Positions 8,893 to 18,410 of a DNA stretch of 62,649 nucleotides are shown piece after piece. The stretch comes from a virus (lineage: Duplodnaviria; Caudoviricetes), in the IMG/VR virus record IMGVR_UViG_3300017708_000776, positions 1-62,649 of that record. One strand, given 5' to 3'. The stretch's first letter is position 1; every line of letters starts with the position of its first letter. The translations under genes and the position numbers were made by a program. Below the pieces are notes generated by a model, which did not search any database, had not been told where the DNA came from, and saw only the letters and a program-made list of their open reading frames with translations.

Positions 8893-9233
8893 TTCATTTC
8901 TCCTACAGATTCTCTAACTATATCGTTGTGATTAAATTCTGCCCAGTACAATTCGTATGCAATACCACTTTCCAAACATTCAAATTGGTGGTAGAGTCCA
9001 GGCTTCACTTTGTGGTAATCACCTGCATTTAGGATTGTAATATCACAAAGGTCATAGTCTCTCTGCCAAGTTCGGATTAACATCTTACCAGATTCTACAT
9101 AGAACCCATTCCATTTATATCTGTGTAGGTGTTTAGAACAAACCCCACCCTTTTCCATTTCAATACGATGAAACTCTAGTGCACCATTTGCTTCTATAAG
9201 TTCTGTCGTACCCCATACTTTACCAGCCTTCAT
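8889..9233 (-). CDS. Cupin-fold protein (sugar isomerase-like)
   Basis: KVWG, CSKHLH, PGLYHQF; start MKAGK via ATGA overlap with the gp43 stop. Confidence 0.7.
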   Translation of the reverse strand: MKAGKVWGTTELIEANGALEFHRIEMEKGGVCSKHLHRYKWNGFYVESGKMLIRTWQRDYDLCDITILNAGDYHKVKPGLYHQFECLESGIAYELYWAEFNHNDIVRESVGEMK

Positions 9234-11746
9234 GCGAAAAAATCCTCTAGTGTTTGTTGTTCTTCTACTGACCAATTGACCGCGTCTAGTATCATTTTCA
9301 ATGGTTCAATAAAAGTCTTTTCAAATTGTTTGTCATAATCTATAAATCTTCCCAGACCAAACTCTTGTGGAACTACATCTGGAAATGAGATTATGTTTTC
9401 TTTGATTGTGTTAGGCATCTTCAAGTAACAGAACTTGATACGACTACCATTCTCAATCGGTTCGTACTTGTTGGTGAGTTTATACTCCTTCAAGTACTTA
9501 TTATATAGTAGAGACCCACGAACATGTATGGGTGTCCCCTTCTTGTATATTTGTTTACGATCACTCCAGTCTGTTATATTAGACACACCACGTGGAAATG
9601 CAATAGACTCTGGTGGTAACTGTTTAAACTCTGATTTGAATTGTTGAATGAAGTCCTGCGTTTCTTTCTCAGTAGACGATATAATAATCTTAAACGCCTC
9701 CTTGAATTTGTCACGGACAGCTTGTGGTGTGGAAGATTTGATTGCTTCGATACCCATCATCTTTAGTTTGGGTTCATCGTATTGCACACCTTCAGAGTTA
9801 TGCACGTTGAGAATGTATCTCTTCTTTGCAGTCCATATACCACGATCTGCAATAACCTCACGTGCCATTTCCATTCTAGGTTTGTGACAGTTCATCTTGT
9901 GGAACAAATCATCAAATGATTTTGCAAGTTTAGGTTCGAAGTGTTCTCTACAAATCTTGTCTAAGAACTTAACAGGATCGTTTGGATTAAGTTTCCGTAC
10001 AAGAGCAGACATATTAATATAAACAGAATCGGTATCGATAGCCAGTACATAATCTTCCTCGGTTTTTAATAGTTTATTCATTTCGTTGTTGATTGTTTTC
10101 TCTGCCCATTGGATAACCATCTGACCAGTGAGAGTCACACCCTCTGCAATGCGTAGATCATAATACTTGAAGTATCTATTACCCATCGCACCATACAAAG
10201 AGTTCATCAAGATCTTAATCGCCATCTGTTGATTGTGGAGAGTGTTGATCTCTTTTTCTAATTCAAATGTTTTTTCTTTCTGATATGCTTGTTCTGCAGA
10301 TAACATTTGTTTCTTGACAGAACTACGTTCATCATAGTAGTCAATAATAATATTTGGAATCACACCATCGATCTTCTTACTATAGATAGATCCGTTTGAT
10401 GCAACTGCATTGTTTCTTTCTCTCTGTGCAGGATGTATAGGGTCTACACCATCAAAGGCCTTGAGATAATGATCAACACCACTAGGTAGATTATCTGGTG
10501 GACTCTTCAGTAGAGTTTCTGGTGACATGTTCCATTGCACAATAATGTTTGGATACAGTGAGTTCAAGTCAAAAGACACAACCCAGTCATGTGCACCTGT
10601 CTGTGGGTTCTTCACGTAACCACCTGCAAACTCACTCTTCTCGTGCTCTATCTTAAATGCAGATGGAACAACTTTCATGTTGTTGAGTTTACGATGAATG
10701 ATAGATTCCCAGATACCTGTAGTACCAAATGCATCCTGATAGTTCACACCACCTTTATATGCAATAGTCATACCCAGTGTAATGAGTCCCATTTTTTCTT
10801 CAAGACGATCAACTAACTGCACATCTTTCATGTTATAGTCGATGTACTTTTGGAAATCATCTTTGTACAAGTTCTTCAATGAACCAGATTCTTCGTAAGA
10901 CAGTTTCTTCTCACCGAGCACAACATGACCAATATGATCAAGTTTGTATGACTCTTGTTTACCATACGAGTAACCAAACTTTTGGAACAACTCAAGGTAA
11001 TCCATAGTTTGGATACCTTTGATGTCGTAGGTCATTTCTTCTTTGTTGAGTCTTCGTATCTTGCGTTGATCTATCAGACCCCATGGTGAAAACTGTCTGA
11101 CCATATCAACACCACAAACGCGATTGATACGATTTACCAGATAAGGGATATCGAAGAAACGAACATTCCAACCAGTAATAACATCTGGTAGGTTCTCTTC
11201 CTGTCTCCAGTGATTTACAAACCGAGCAAGTAGTTCTGGTTCTGACTCACACTTGACATAGTTGACTGGTTTGATCAGAGCCTTCTCTGTGTCGTAATCT
11301 TGTAGACCCCACACATGATAGATCCCATCAATATTATTCTTGATAGTTATTGCAAGTACTCTTTGGTCTGCAACTGCTACTTTAGGAAATCCACCTTCAT
11401 ACTCAGTCTCAATGTCGATAGTGGTAACGTTGATCTTATCACGATCAAACCGAATATCTTTTGGGAACTTGCGTGTGACATACTGGTGTAAGTAGTTGTT
11501 CGTTCCATAGACTTGGAAACCAGTGACATGTTGGTATTGTTCCAACCAATCACGTGCTTCTCTCATAGAGTCGAAATCTACTTCACCTATATGATTACCA
11601 TCCAAACCACGCCATCCAGTTTCAGTCTTGGATGGTACAAAGAATTTTGGTTTGAACTTTTCTTTCTTAAAAACTTTTTTACCGAGATCGTCATAACCTC
11701 GGTAAAGAATGTAGTTTGAATATCTTGCAACATTGGTATAAAACAT
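9230..11746 (-). CDS. 43: Family B DNA polymerase gp43
   Basis: DIETE exonuclease motif, [27 protein letters not shown]. Confidence 0.98.
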   Translation of the reverse strand: MFYTNVARYSNYILYRGYDDLGKKVFKKEKFKPKFFVPSKTETGWRGLDGNHIGEVDFDSMREARDWLEQYQHVTGFQVYGTNNYLHQYVTRKFPKDIRFDRDKINVTTIDIETEYEGGFPKVAVADQRVLAITIKNNIDGIYHVWGLQDYDTEKALIKPVNYVKCESEPELLARFVNHWRQEENLPDVITGWNVRFFDIPYLVNRINRVCGVDMVRQFSPWGLIDQRKIRRLNKEEMTYDIKGIQTMDYLELFQKFGYSYGKQESYKLDHIGHVVLGEKKLSYEESGSLKNLYKDDFQKYIDYNMKDVQLVDRLEEKMGLITLGMTIAYKGGVNYQDAFGTTGIWESIIHRKLNNMKVVPSAFKIEHEKSEFAGGYVKNPQTGAHDWVVSFDLNSLYPNIIVQWNMSPETLLKSPPDNLPSGVDHYLKAFDGVDPIHPAQRERNNAVASNGSIYSKKIDGVIPNIIIDYYDERSSVKKQMLSAEQAYQKEKTFELEKEINTLHNQQMAIKILMNSLYGAMGNRYFKYYDLRIAEGVTLTGQMVIQWAEKTINNEMNKLLKTEEDYVLAIDTDSVYINMSALVRKLNPNDPVKFLDKICREHFEPKLAKSFDDLFHKMNCHKPRMEMAREVIADRGIWTAKKRYILNVHNSEGVQYDEPKLKMMGIEAIKSSTPQAVRDKFKEAFKIIISSTEKETQDFIQQFKSEFKQLPPESIAFPRGVSNITDWSDRKQIYKKGTPIHVRGSLLYNKYLKEYKLTNKYEPIENGSRIKFCYLKMPNTIKENIISFPDVVPQEFGLGRFIDYDKQFEKTFIEPLKMILDAVNWSVEEQQTLEDFFA

Positions 11747-11752
11747 ATATGT

Positions 11753-11781
11753 ATTATATCACAGTTTCAAAATGTTGTCAA
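11753..11781 (-). promoter_or_regulatory. sigma70-type promoter for gp43
   Basis: TTGACA-N17-TATAAT with TG extension; -10 ends 6 nt before the ATG. Confidence 0.8.
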
Positions 11782-12206
11782 GATAGATTCTTACTATTAT
11801 TATGTGTGGGTGGAGGCGGTGTTGGGTGACCGTCACCTTCGAATGTTTTACCTAAGTTCCGTAAAGAATGATCCTGCATGATGTTCATTCTAGCAACAGT
11901 ATTATCTGTGGTAAATGCATCGTTTTGTTCTGCACGATCTAGTCTTTCCATTGTGTATGAAATAATTACCTGATCATGTTCTGTTTTCCCAAAGTATGTT
12001 GCCTGTGGTTTACTGTGTAATGCCGCTAGACATGCGAGTGCTTCTTCAGATCCTGCAACCATGGCATTATCAAATACCACCATGTCGATACCTTGTGGTA
12101 AGTTATCTCCATCTATTGCAGTCCACATTGCATCTGCATTGTTACCCGAATTCCATTCATGTTCATCTACAGTTTTTACACAATGTGCTTTATTTACTGA
12201 TGTCAT
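11778..12206 (-). CDS. Degenerate glycoside hydrolase 108-like protein
   Basis: W..IDGDNLPQGIDMVVFDNAMVAG resembles the GH108 core; the HEGG motif is replaced by HEWN. Confidence 0.4.
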   Translation of the reverse strand: MTSVNKAHCVKTVDEHEWNSGNNADAMWTAIDGDNLPQGIDMVVFDNAMVAGSEEALACLAALHSKPQATYFGKTEHDQVIISYTMERLDRAEQNDAFTTDNTVARMNIMQDHSLRNLGKTFEGDGHPTPPPPTHNNSKNLS

Positions 12207-13088
12207 TTAACCCTCCAGTAGTTTTTCAAATGTCATTGGCCCTGCAACTCCGTCTGGTGTGAGACCATTGTCCGTTTGCCAAAGTTTTAGTGCACGTTCA
12301 GTACCTCTACCGAATACACCGTCTGCGTCTAGTCCAAGTGCTTCCTGCATCATAGCAACACCGTCACCACGTGAACCTCTTCGTAATACACCGATATCAT
12401 CTAAGATATCATCATCATCGTCTTCATCTTCTTGTAAGACTTCAAATGACATACCCAGAACTTTCATCGCATTGATGTATCTTTTCTGTCTATCTTCTAG
12501 ACCAATAGATCCACCATTGATCTTCTTAGTCATTAGTTTTACATTGTCACCGTCTGCAATATCGTTTAGATTATTCGTATCCCAGAACCAACATGCACTT
12601 TGTATTGAACCGTTAAAAGACTGGACATACTCTGCCGCTTCTTCTGCAGTCATGCCAATTGAGTCTCCAAACTTAGTGTAGTTGTCCCTGCCTGTCAATT
12701 GCTTCAGTCCACGGCCTCGGAACAACCATCCATCACCTTCATAAATATTTCCCATTTTATACTTACGGAACTCATCCATGTAAACGTAGTTCGCAATCAT
12801 TTCTGGTTGACGATGATATTCATCTGCGTCACGTTTAGGTGCATCACCAAAATATCTTCCGAATACTGCACGTAGAGCCTTTGCACTATAGTTTAGATTC
12901 TCTTCTAAACGCTTGAAATTTGCGCTCTCATGTGCACATTGAGATAAAAAGTGTGCTACCCTACGTTCTGTAGTAATACCGTACATGGGTAGTATTTCGT
13001 GTAATGCAGCGTACCATTCACCAACTTGTTTGTTGCCATGGATTATCTCTGCAAGGTGATCTTCCGTAAAATCAAAATCAAAACTCAT
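12207..13088 (-). CDS. Endolysin: GH19 domain plus C-terminal peptidoglycan-binding domain
   Basis: HFLSQCAHES, FRGRGLKQLTGRDNY, KKINGG; DGVFGRGTERALKLWQ..GLTPDGVAGP. Confidence 0.9.
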   Translation of the reverse strand: MSFDFDFTEDHLAEIIHGNKQVGEWYAALHEILPMYGITTERRVAHFLSQCAHESANFKRLEENLNYSAKALRAVFGRYFGDAPKRDADEYHRQPEMIANYVYMDEFRKYKMGNIYEGDGWLFRGRGLKQLTGRDNYTKFGDSIGMTAEEAAEYVQSFNGSIQSACWFWDTNNLNDIADGDNVKLMTKKINGGSIGLEDRQKRYINAMKVLGMSFEVLQEDEDDDDDILDDIGVLRRGSRGDGVAMMQEALGLDADGVFGRGTERALKLWQTDNGLTPDGVAGPMTFEKLLEG

Positions 13089-13091
13089 AAA

Positions 13092-13313
13092 CTATCCTTC
13101 TTCTTTAAAGTATTTATCCAACATTTCTAACCGTTCATTGGCATGACCCATCGTGGATAGTTCTTTTTGTATTGCTTCAACTACGTCACTATGTTCACCT
13201 ATACCTGCGGCATTTCTCATGTAGACCATTATATTAGTCTTTGCTCTTTCTAATTCACCTTCGGCGTGCATTCTACACGCCTTAACTAATTGTTGACTAA
13301 ACTTAGTGGTCAT
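13092..13313 (-). CDS. Hypothetical protein (GIGEHSD motif)
   Basis: Compact ORF in operon context. Confidence 0.7.
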   Translation of the reverse strand: MTTKFSQQLVKACRMHAEGELERAKTNIMVYMRNAAGIGEHSDVVEAIQKELSTMGHANERLEMLDKYFKEEG

Positions 13314-13744
13314 GTTCTACTTCCTCTTAATGCGAAAAATAAACCACCTACCCATAAAAATACATGTAGGTTATCATATAATATTACGTCCCATAAACTA
13401 GTAGGTTGACCTATCCATATGACTCCAGTCATAATACAACAGATCACAATACCAGAAAATCTTGTTAATGCGTCTCCAAGATCTTGTAACCAAAAGTCCC
13501 AGATATAATCACCTGCAATTTTAGTAACCAAGAGACCACTAAGTAACAATCCTATACCTGCTCCTATTTCACCATACACTACGAACCACCACACCAAGTA
13601 AGGTAGTCCCCAAGAATCTGCATCTTCTATACTGTATGGTAATTTACTCATACCTTGTTGTATAAACACAATGGCTAATGGGATGCGTAATAACCAATGG
13701 CTTAGACAAAACTCTGGAATTTTATTTAAAATAGATTTTATCAT
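13310..13744 (-). CDS. DoxX-family membrane protein
   Basis: LLRIPLAIVFIQQGMSK, EIGAGIGLL, four TM segments; AAGGA RBS. Confidence 0.75.
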   Translation of the reverse strand: MIKSILNKIPEFCLSHWLLRIPLAIVFIQQGMSKLPYSIEDADSWGLPYLVWWFVVYGEIGAGIGLLLSGLLVTKIAGDYIWDFWLQDLGDALTRFSGIVICCIMTGVIWIGQPTSLWDVILYDNLHVFLWVGGLFFALRGSRT

Positions 13745-13762
13745 ACTCTTTCCTTAAATTAG

Positions 13763-13782
13763 TGGGGCGGGTTACCGCCCCA
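13763..13782 (-). terminator. GC hairpin ending the hsp20 operon
   Basis: TGGGGCGG-gtta-CCGCCCCA inverted repeat; U-tail weak. Confidence 0.6.
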
Positions 13783-13790
13783 TCACTGTA

Positions 13791-13976
13791 TCATTTTTCT
13801 CCAGTTTGTCTCAACTGAGCAACTTGTAACATACAACGTTTTGCTTGTTCATGATAACCATGACGTGTAAGTTCAACGGCTGCCCGTGAATATCCGACAA
13901 TCTCTGCAGTTCTGGTAAGGGAACTCCATATGCCAGAAAACGGTGAAAAGACGTAACTCATTACTGCTGTAGTCAT
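13791..13976 (-). CDS. Small hypothetical protein
   Basis: Start MTTAV via TAATG overlap with the DUF1127 stop. Confidence 0.65.
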   Translation of the reverse strand: MTTAVMSYVFSPFSGIWSSLTRTAEIVGYSRAAVELTRHGYHEQAKRCMLQVAQLRQTGEK

Positions 13977-14236
13977 TACACCCACCCCTTTAGGTTAGTG
14001 TTTGTATCCACTGCAGAGCGTTTCAGTGTTTCATCACCTCGTGCTACTGAGTATATATCTCCTCGACCCAAACCGATATCATTTAATTCTGCATCGGTCA
14101 GTCTATTCAATTCCCTGATTGTTTGTCTTCTCATTTGATTTTTACGATAATCTTTCAACCAGTTTCTTGAAAATTGTAGAAGTCCTTCAATCGGACTCCG
14201 TAAGTAATTGTTTATCGCTAGTATGTGCTGTGTCAT
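13976..14236 (-). CDS. DUF1127 (YjiS/CcaF1-like) small protein
   Basis: RRQTIRELNRLTDAELNDIGLGRGDI signature; start MTQHI. Confidence 0.85.
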   Translation of the reverse strand: MTQHILAINNYLRSPIEGLLQFSRNWLKDYRKNQMRRQTIRELNRLTDAELNDIGLGRGDIYSVARGDETLKRSAVDTNTNLKGWV

Positions 14237-14663
14237 TTTCTTTACCCTCGTAAGTTTTACCAATATTAATTTTACGAGGACGCATTTCTTCTGGAATAAC
14301 ATACTTCAGTTCAATTGCAAGTATACCATCCTGAATATCTGCTCCATGCACGTTTACGTGCTCCGACAGTCTGAATGTCCTTTTAAATTTTTTGGTGGAG
14401 ATACCACGATGGATAAACTCTCTACCTTTGGACACGTGATCCCCTGTCACCGTCAGTGTACGATCTTTGACTTCTACTGATATCTCATCTTGTGAGAACC
14501 CTGCAATAGCAAGTTCGATCAGGTAATCGCTTTCACCTGTCTTAATAATGTTATGTGGGGGGTAGTGATCGTTTGCATGTTTCGCAGTCCATTCGAGTTC
14601 ATTAAATAAATGATCGAATCCAACAAAAGATGAACGTGGGAATAAATTTGAAAAGCCTGTCAT
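14187..14663 (-). CDS. Small heat shock protein Hsp20 (IbpA-like)
   Basis: VGFDHLF, YPPHNI, ELAIAGF, HRGIS, DGILAIEL, PRKINI. Confidence 0.95.
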   Translation of the reverse strand: MTGFSNLFPRSSFVGFDHLFNELEWTAKHANDHYPPHNIIKTGESDYLIELAIAGFSQDEISVEVKDRTLTVTGDHVSKGREFIHRGISTKKFKRTFRLSEHVNVHGADIQDGILAIELKYVIPEEMRPRKINIGKTYEGKENDTAHTSDKQLLTESD

Positions 14664-14721
14664 TTGTATATCTCCTTCTGATCAAGCAAGATTGTAACGG
14701 AACCAGATCATTCTGCATTCC
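14664..14721 (-). promoter_or_regulatory. ROSE-type RNA thermometer in the hsp20 5' UTR
   Basis: AUCUUGCUU pairs with AAGGAGAU (SD) leaving a bulged G; upstream hairpin GGAAUGCAGA/UCUGGUUCC. Confidence 0.75.
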
Positions 14722-14724
14722 TGT

Positions 14725-14758
14725 ATTATATATAAGATCTCTTCCCCTAAATGTCAAG
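14725..14758 (-). promoter_or_regulatory. RpoH-like / sigma70 hybrid promoter for hsp20
   Basis: CTTGACA followed by CTTATATATAAT; CTTG-N18-CTTATAT. Confidence 0.6.
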
Positions 14759-14767
14759 GGGTAGAAA

Positions 14768-15439
14768 TCACTTTTTTCCGCCTCGTTGTGACGAAATCCA
14801 TTTTTTGGCAACAGGACTACTTGGTTTCTTTGACGCCCATGACTTCATTTTCTTATAAGCAGTCATGGCTGCACCTTCGTAGTTCGCACCATCTGAGTTA
14901 TCTACAATCACCATCATGTTACCAAATAGGTTCTGGAACTTACCGATATTCTTCTGAACATCTTTCCACATACCAGTAACCTGTTTTGCGCCGAGTGTTC
15001 TCGCACGCTTCTGGTCTCTGTTGATTGCAGTCTCTAAATCTGTATTGACAAATATCATTGCAACTTCGTAACCCAACTGTTTGAGTTTACCGACTTGACC
15101 TGATATCTTGTCAAAGTTTTTACCTGTACCATCGATAACTAAACCAAGTCTACCGTTCACTGCAAGTTCCATCTGTTTTAAAGTAAGTGCGGTTGCACGT
15201 GAACGTGCGGCCTGACCTTTGTCTGTAAAGATATCGTCTGGTGTTGTTTTTAATCCTGCTTTCGCTAATTGTTTTTCGAAAGCAGGATCACTGTTGATTA
15301 GTTTCATACCAAATGAAGTCAATGCAGTTTTACCCACCATAAATGACTTACCACTGCCTGGCCCACCTGCAAGAAAGACTGCCTTAAAGATCGATGGATC
15401 GTTGACACCTTCTTCCAGAAAATTAGTAAACCTTAACAT
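14768..15439 (-). CDS. P-loop kinase, zeta-toxin/AAA_33-like
   Basis: FLAGGPGSGKS, LVIDGTG, AINRDQKRAR. Confidence 0.8.
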   Translation of the reverse strand: MLRFTNFLEEGVNDPSIFKAVFLAGGPGSGKSFMVGKTALTSFGMKLINSDPAFEKQLAKAGLKTTPDDIFTDKGQAARSRATALTLKQMELAVNGRLGLVIDGTGKNFDKISGQVGKLKQLGYEVAMIFVNTDLETAINRDQKRARTLGAKQVTGMWKDVQKNIGKFQNLFGNMMVIVDNSDGANYEGAAMTAYKKMKSWASKKPSSPVAKKWISSQRGGKK

Positions 15440-15447
15440 TGTTCTTC

Positions 15448-15855
15448 CTATTGTTTAGATCCGATATTATATTTCGGACATAGTTCCCAATCGTTCTTTT
15501 CTTTAAATGGTATAATCTTAATCTGTCTCATTGGAGCAAGTGGTTCTGCATTAGCATCCATGCCAATCAATCCCCAATCACTCATTAACTGTGCTATAGT
15601 ATTCCTTCTAGCAATATCGTTCTCTTCTAAATTAGATTTCTTTCCATCTAGAAGAAATAATTCTTTGAAATGTACTATGAAGTACCTTCCCTGTTTGTGT
15701 AGGATATGACAAGACTGAAATAATTTCTTGTCCTTGCGTGATGCTACCCCAATTCTTGTGAGTGTTTCTCTAACCTTCAAAAAATCATCTGGTTCGTTTA
15801 ACGTAACCTCTAACATAGAGGCAGGTGTCCACTCTACTATATTATTTTCTTCCAC
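15448..15855 (-). CDS. regA: Translational repressor RegA
   Basis: DDFLKVRETLTRIG, QSCHILHKQGRYFIVHFKELF. Confidence 0.97.
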   Translation of the reverse strand: MEENNIVEWTPASMLEVTLNEPDDFLKVRETLTRIGVASRKDKKLFQSCHILHKQGRYFIVHFKELFLLDGKKSNLEENDIARRNTIAQLMSDWGLIGMDANAEPLAPMRQIKIIPFKEKNDWELCPKYNIGSKQ

Positions 15856-16219
15856 CTTTATAAACCTTCTGTTTCAATTCATTTATCTGTTCTCTTGTGA
15901 GAAGGGACAAGGCGGTTCTGGCTTTCTCATTATTATAACCATAATATTCCTTGACAACTTCCACGTCACTTTCGGATACAACCTTTTCCCACTTGGAGAA
16001 TCGCTTGCGTTTCCTAACCATATTTATAAGAAAATCGAATTGTAGACGGTTATCTATGTTGTGGTTTATATTCATTTCATTTGCATACAATACTGTATCT
16101 TTAAAGTATGACAAGGATCTATTTACCATGAAAGAGTTGTACCCTCTCTCGGCAAGATCATCTATCATGATATCTTTCTTAGTATTGTTTATTGCATTGA
16201 CATACTCAAATGGATTCAC
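15842..16219 (-). CDS. 62: Clamp loader small subunit gp62
   Basis: FMVNRSLS, RKRKRFSKW, EYYGYNNEKA; GTG start with GAGGA RBS. Confidence 0.9.
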   Translation of the reverse strand: MNPFEYVNAINNTKKDIMIDDLAERGYNSFMVNRSLSYFKDTVLYANEMNINHNIDNRLQFDFLINMVRKRKRFSKWEKVVSESDVEVVKEYYGYNNEKARTALSLLTREQINELKQKVYKGGRK

Positions 16220-16503
16220 GACATATCCTCTACACCAGAATCTTGACCAGACCATGTTCCTTGCATAGCACTAATAAGATCTGAGTGAGTGAAATCTTTG
16301 GTATTGACATGATCAATGTGATAATCTCCAAAGTAAAGTTGTGGGACTGTTCTGTGTCCATTTTCTTTTAAAAAGTATTTTGATTCTATATCCTCACTAA
16401 CGTTTATAGTATCAAAGTTTACACCCCATTTGGTCAACTTGCTTTTCATAGCATCACAATAGGGACAATCATCTTTAGTAAATAATCTAAGTGAATTCGA
16501 CAT
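16216..16503 (-). CDS. Glutaredoxin (NrdC-like)
   Basis: CPYC and TVPQ motifs. Confidence 0.85.
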   Translation of the reverse strand: MSNSLRLFTKDDCPYCDAMKSKLTKWGVNFDTINVSEDIESKYFLKENGHRTVPQLYFGDYHIDHVNTKDFTHSDLISAMQGTWSGQDSGVEDMS

Positions 16504-17416
16504 TTGCCATAACCTCTGTAAGACATGCAACTACGTTGAGTTCGTGATCAGCAACGAATGCATTTTTATACTGATAGTCTGCTAGTATTAGAACCAACTG
16601 TGGGATCGATGCAGGCGATACTTTTTGCGTGACACGATCATAGATAGATCTAAAAATAGAAGACGCATCTGTATCTATATTGTTTGCAACCCATGACCGC
16701 ATCTTTTTAAAGTCTTTTGTTTTAAGAAAAGTAAAAAGATCGTCATAGTTTTTATCTGATATGTTTGCCAACACTCCTGCGTCTATACGACCTGAGAGTG
16801 AATACCTTTGCAGTTCGTTTATCACACGTCTCCAGTCTGGATAGTGTTTAATAATAAGATCCGCAAGTGGTGTCTTATCGTAACCTATACCTTCCTCGTC
16901 TAGAATGTGTTGTGCTCTCTTCATGAACTGACCACAAAGTTTACCTTTGTCACCGCTGTTGAATTCATACACACCACACCGAGAATGCAGAGGTTCGATA
17001 ATTCTGTTCTTAAAGTTACAAGTAAGTATAAACCGACAGTTGTTGGCAAACTCTTCAATGAATCCACGAAGAGCAGGTTGGGTTGACTGTGGGTTTAGAT
17101 AATCTGCCTCATCAAGTATTACAACCTTGTACCCACCTTGAAGTGAGACAGTACTTGCAAACTGCTTGATCTTACCACGGAGTGTGTCTATATTACCCTC
17201 TTCGGAACCGTTGATGACAATATAGTCAAGGTCAAGCATATTGCATAAGGCCTTGGCGACTGTAGTCTTACCAAGACCTGCAGTGCCAGTGAACAACATA
17301 TTAGGAAGTTCACTAGACTCTACAATTTTAGTAAAAGTATTCTTTAAATCATCAGACAGAATACAGTCTGATATTGTTTGAGGGCGATACTTCTCTACCC
17401 ATAAGAATTGATCCAT
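16487..17416 (-). CDS. 44: Clamp loader large subunit gp44
   Basis: WVEKYRP, GTAGLGKTT, DEAD, SRC. Confidence 0.96.
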   Translation of the reverse strand: MDQFLWVEKYRPQTISDCILSDDLKNTFTKIVESSELPNMLFTGTAGLGKTTVAKALCNMLDLDYIVINGSEEGNIDTLRGKIKQFASTVSLQGGYKVVILDEADYLNPQSTQPALRGFIEEFANNCRFILTCNFKNRIIEPLHSRCGVYEFNSGDKGKLCGQFMKRAQHILDEEGIGYDKTPLADLIIKHYPDWRRVINELQRYSLSGRIDAGVLANISDKNYDDLFTFLKTKDFKKMRSWVANNIDTDASSIFRSIYDRVTQKVSPASIPQLVLILADYQYKNAFVADHELNVVACLTEVMANVEFT

Positions 17417-17439
17417 TCAAAATCTCCATCACAAAAAAC

Positions 17440-17468
17440 ATTATATCACATTTGAGTTTGAATGTAAA
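17440..17468 (-). promoter_or_regulatory. sigma70-type promoter for gp44
   Basis: TTTACA-N17-TATAAT with TG extension. Confidence 0.75.
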
Positions 17469-17470
17469 TC

Positions 17471-17674
17471 TTATTCTTCTGTCTCCATAGCTGCATCTTG
17501 TTGTAAGTTCTCTACAACTGATATTACTTGGATTGCTTGATCACGTAACTGACCAATAGTAGAGAGTTCTTCTCCCTTGAATCCACCACGTTGTGTTACC
17601 GCATCAACTACTGCAACCGTAGAACGTGATACTTGATTTGCGAGTTTCATCAACTCATCATATTTTTCTGCCAT
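17471..17674 (-). CDS. Hypothetical protein between 45 and 44
   Basis: 67-aa ORF with GGAG RBS. Confidence 0.7.
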   Translation of the reverse strand: MAEKYDELMKLANQVSRSTVAVVDAVTQRGGFKGEELSTIGQLRDQAIQVISVVENLQQDAAMETEE

Positions 17675-17675
17675 C

Positions 17676-18353
17676 TTATGCTCCGAATGTAGATGTTTTC
17701 TCTAGTGCAATCCAATACTTGACATTCACTTCTTTGTTCCTAAACTCACTGATCAACTTAGATGAAATACTCACCTGATAGTCGCCTTGTATGATTTTAA
17801 GATTGGATATATTTAGTACGAATTTAAAGTCCTGATCCGTTTTGTTAGAGTATGGTACATCAATAGAATATGCATTAGATGTAGCATTCTCATTGTCAAC
17901 CACAGAAAGAATTAACACACCATCGCCTGGAGTGACTGACACTTCATTATGTCCAAGAGTAGATGCAGCACTTCGCAGTTTACTAAGAGTGTTTGCGTCC
18001 AGATCAAACTGAACCTCGCACTCAGGCATGTTAATATCTTTCTGGGGTGACGTAAGGGTTTCTTCTGGAGAGAAGAAGTACCGAACCTTTGACCGACCAG
18101 TCTGATCTGATATAGTTACAGACTCATCTGTAAAATTCAGATTAGGTTGATCAACCAAAGACAAGACACCAATGAACTCTTTGAGATCATAGATGCCAAA
18201 CTTCTGGGCAAACTTATTATCGACTGTTGCAGTTGCAAGAACATTCTTTGCTTCACTGATAGTCTTAATAGTATTCCCTTCGTTTATTAGGATATTGGGA
18301 TTAATATCCGAAAAGTTTTTAAGAACGTTTAAGGTTTGTTCCTGTAATTCCAT
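17676..18353 (-). CDS. 45: Sliding clamp gp45
   Basis: LKNFSDIN, FGIYDLKEF, YWIALE. Confidence 0.95.
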   Translation of the reverse strand: MELQEQTLNVLKNFSDINPNILINEGNTIKTISEAKNVLATATVDNKFAQKFGIYDLKEFIGVLSLVDQPNLNFTDESVTISDQTGRSKVRYFFSPEETLTSPQKDINMPECEVQFDLDANTLSKLRSAASTLGHNEVSVTPGDGVLILSVVDNENATSNAYSIDVPYSNKTDQDFKFVLNISNLKIIQGDYQVSISSKLISEFRNKEVNVKYWIALEKTSTFGA

Positions 18354-18381
18354 AATATACTCCGTGGGTTAAACTTAGATA

Positions 18382-18410
18382 ATTATACCACACTCTGACC
18401 TGAGTGTCAA
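18382..18410 (-). promoter_or_regulatory. sigma70-type promoter for gp45
   Basis: TTGACA-N17-TATAAT with TG extension. Confidence 0.8.

Noticed and set aside
13745-13790. Cuckoo/CcsR sRNAs downstream of DUF1127
   Set aside because: No CCTCCTCCC loops; only a single terminator-like hairpin
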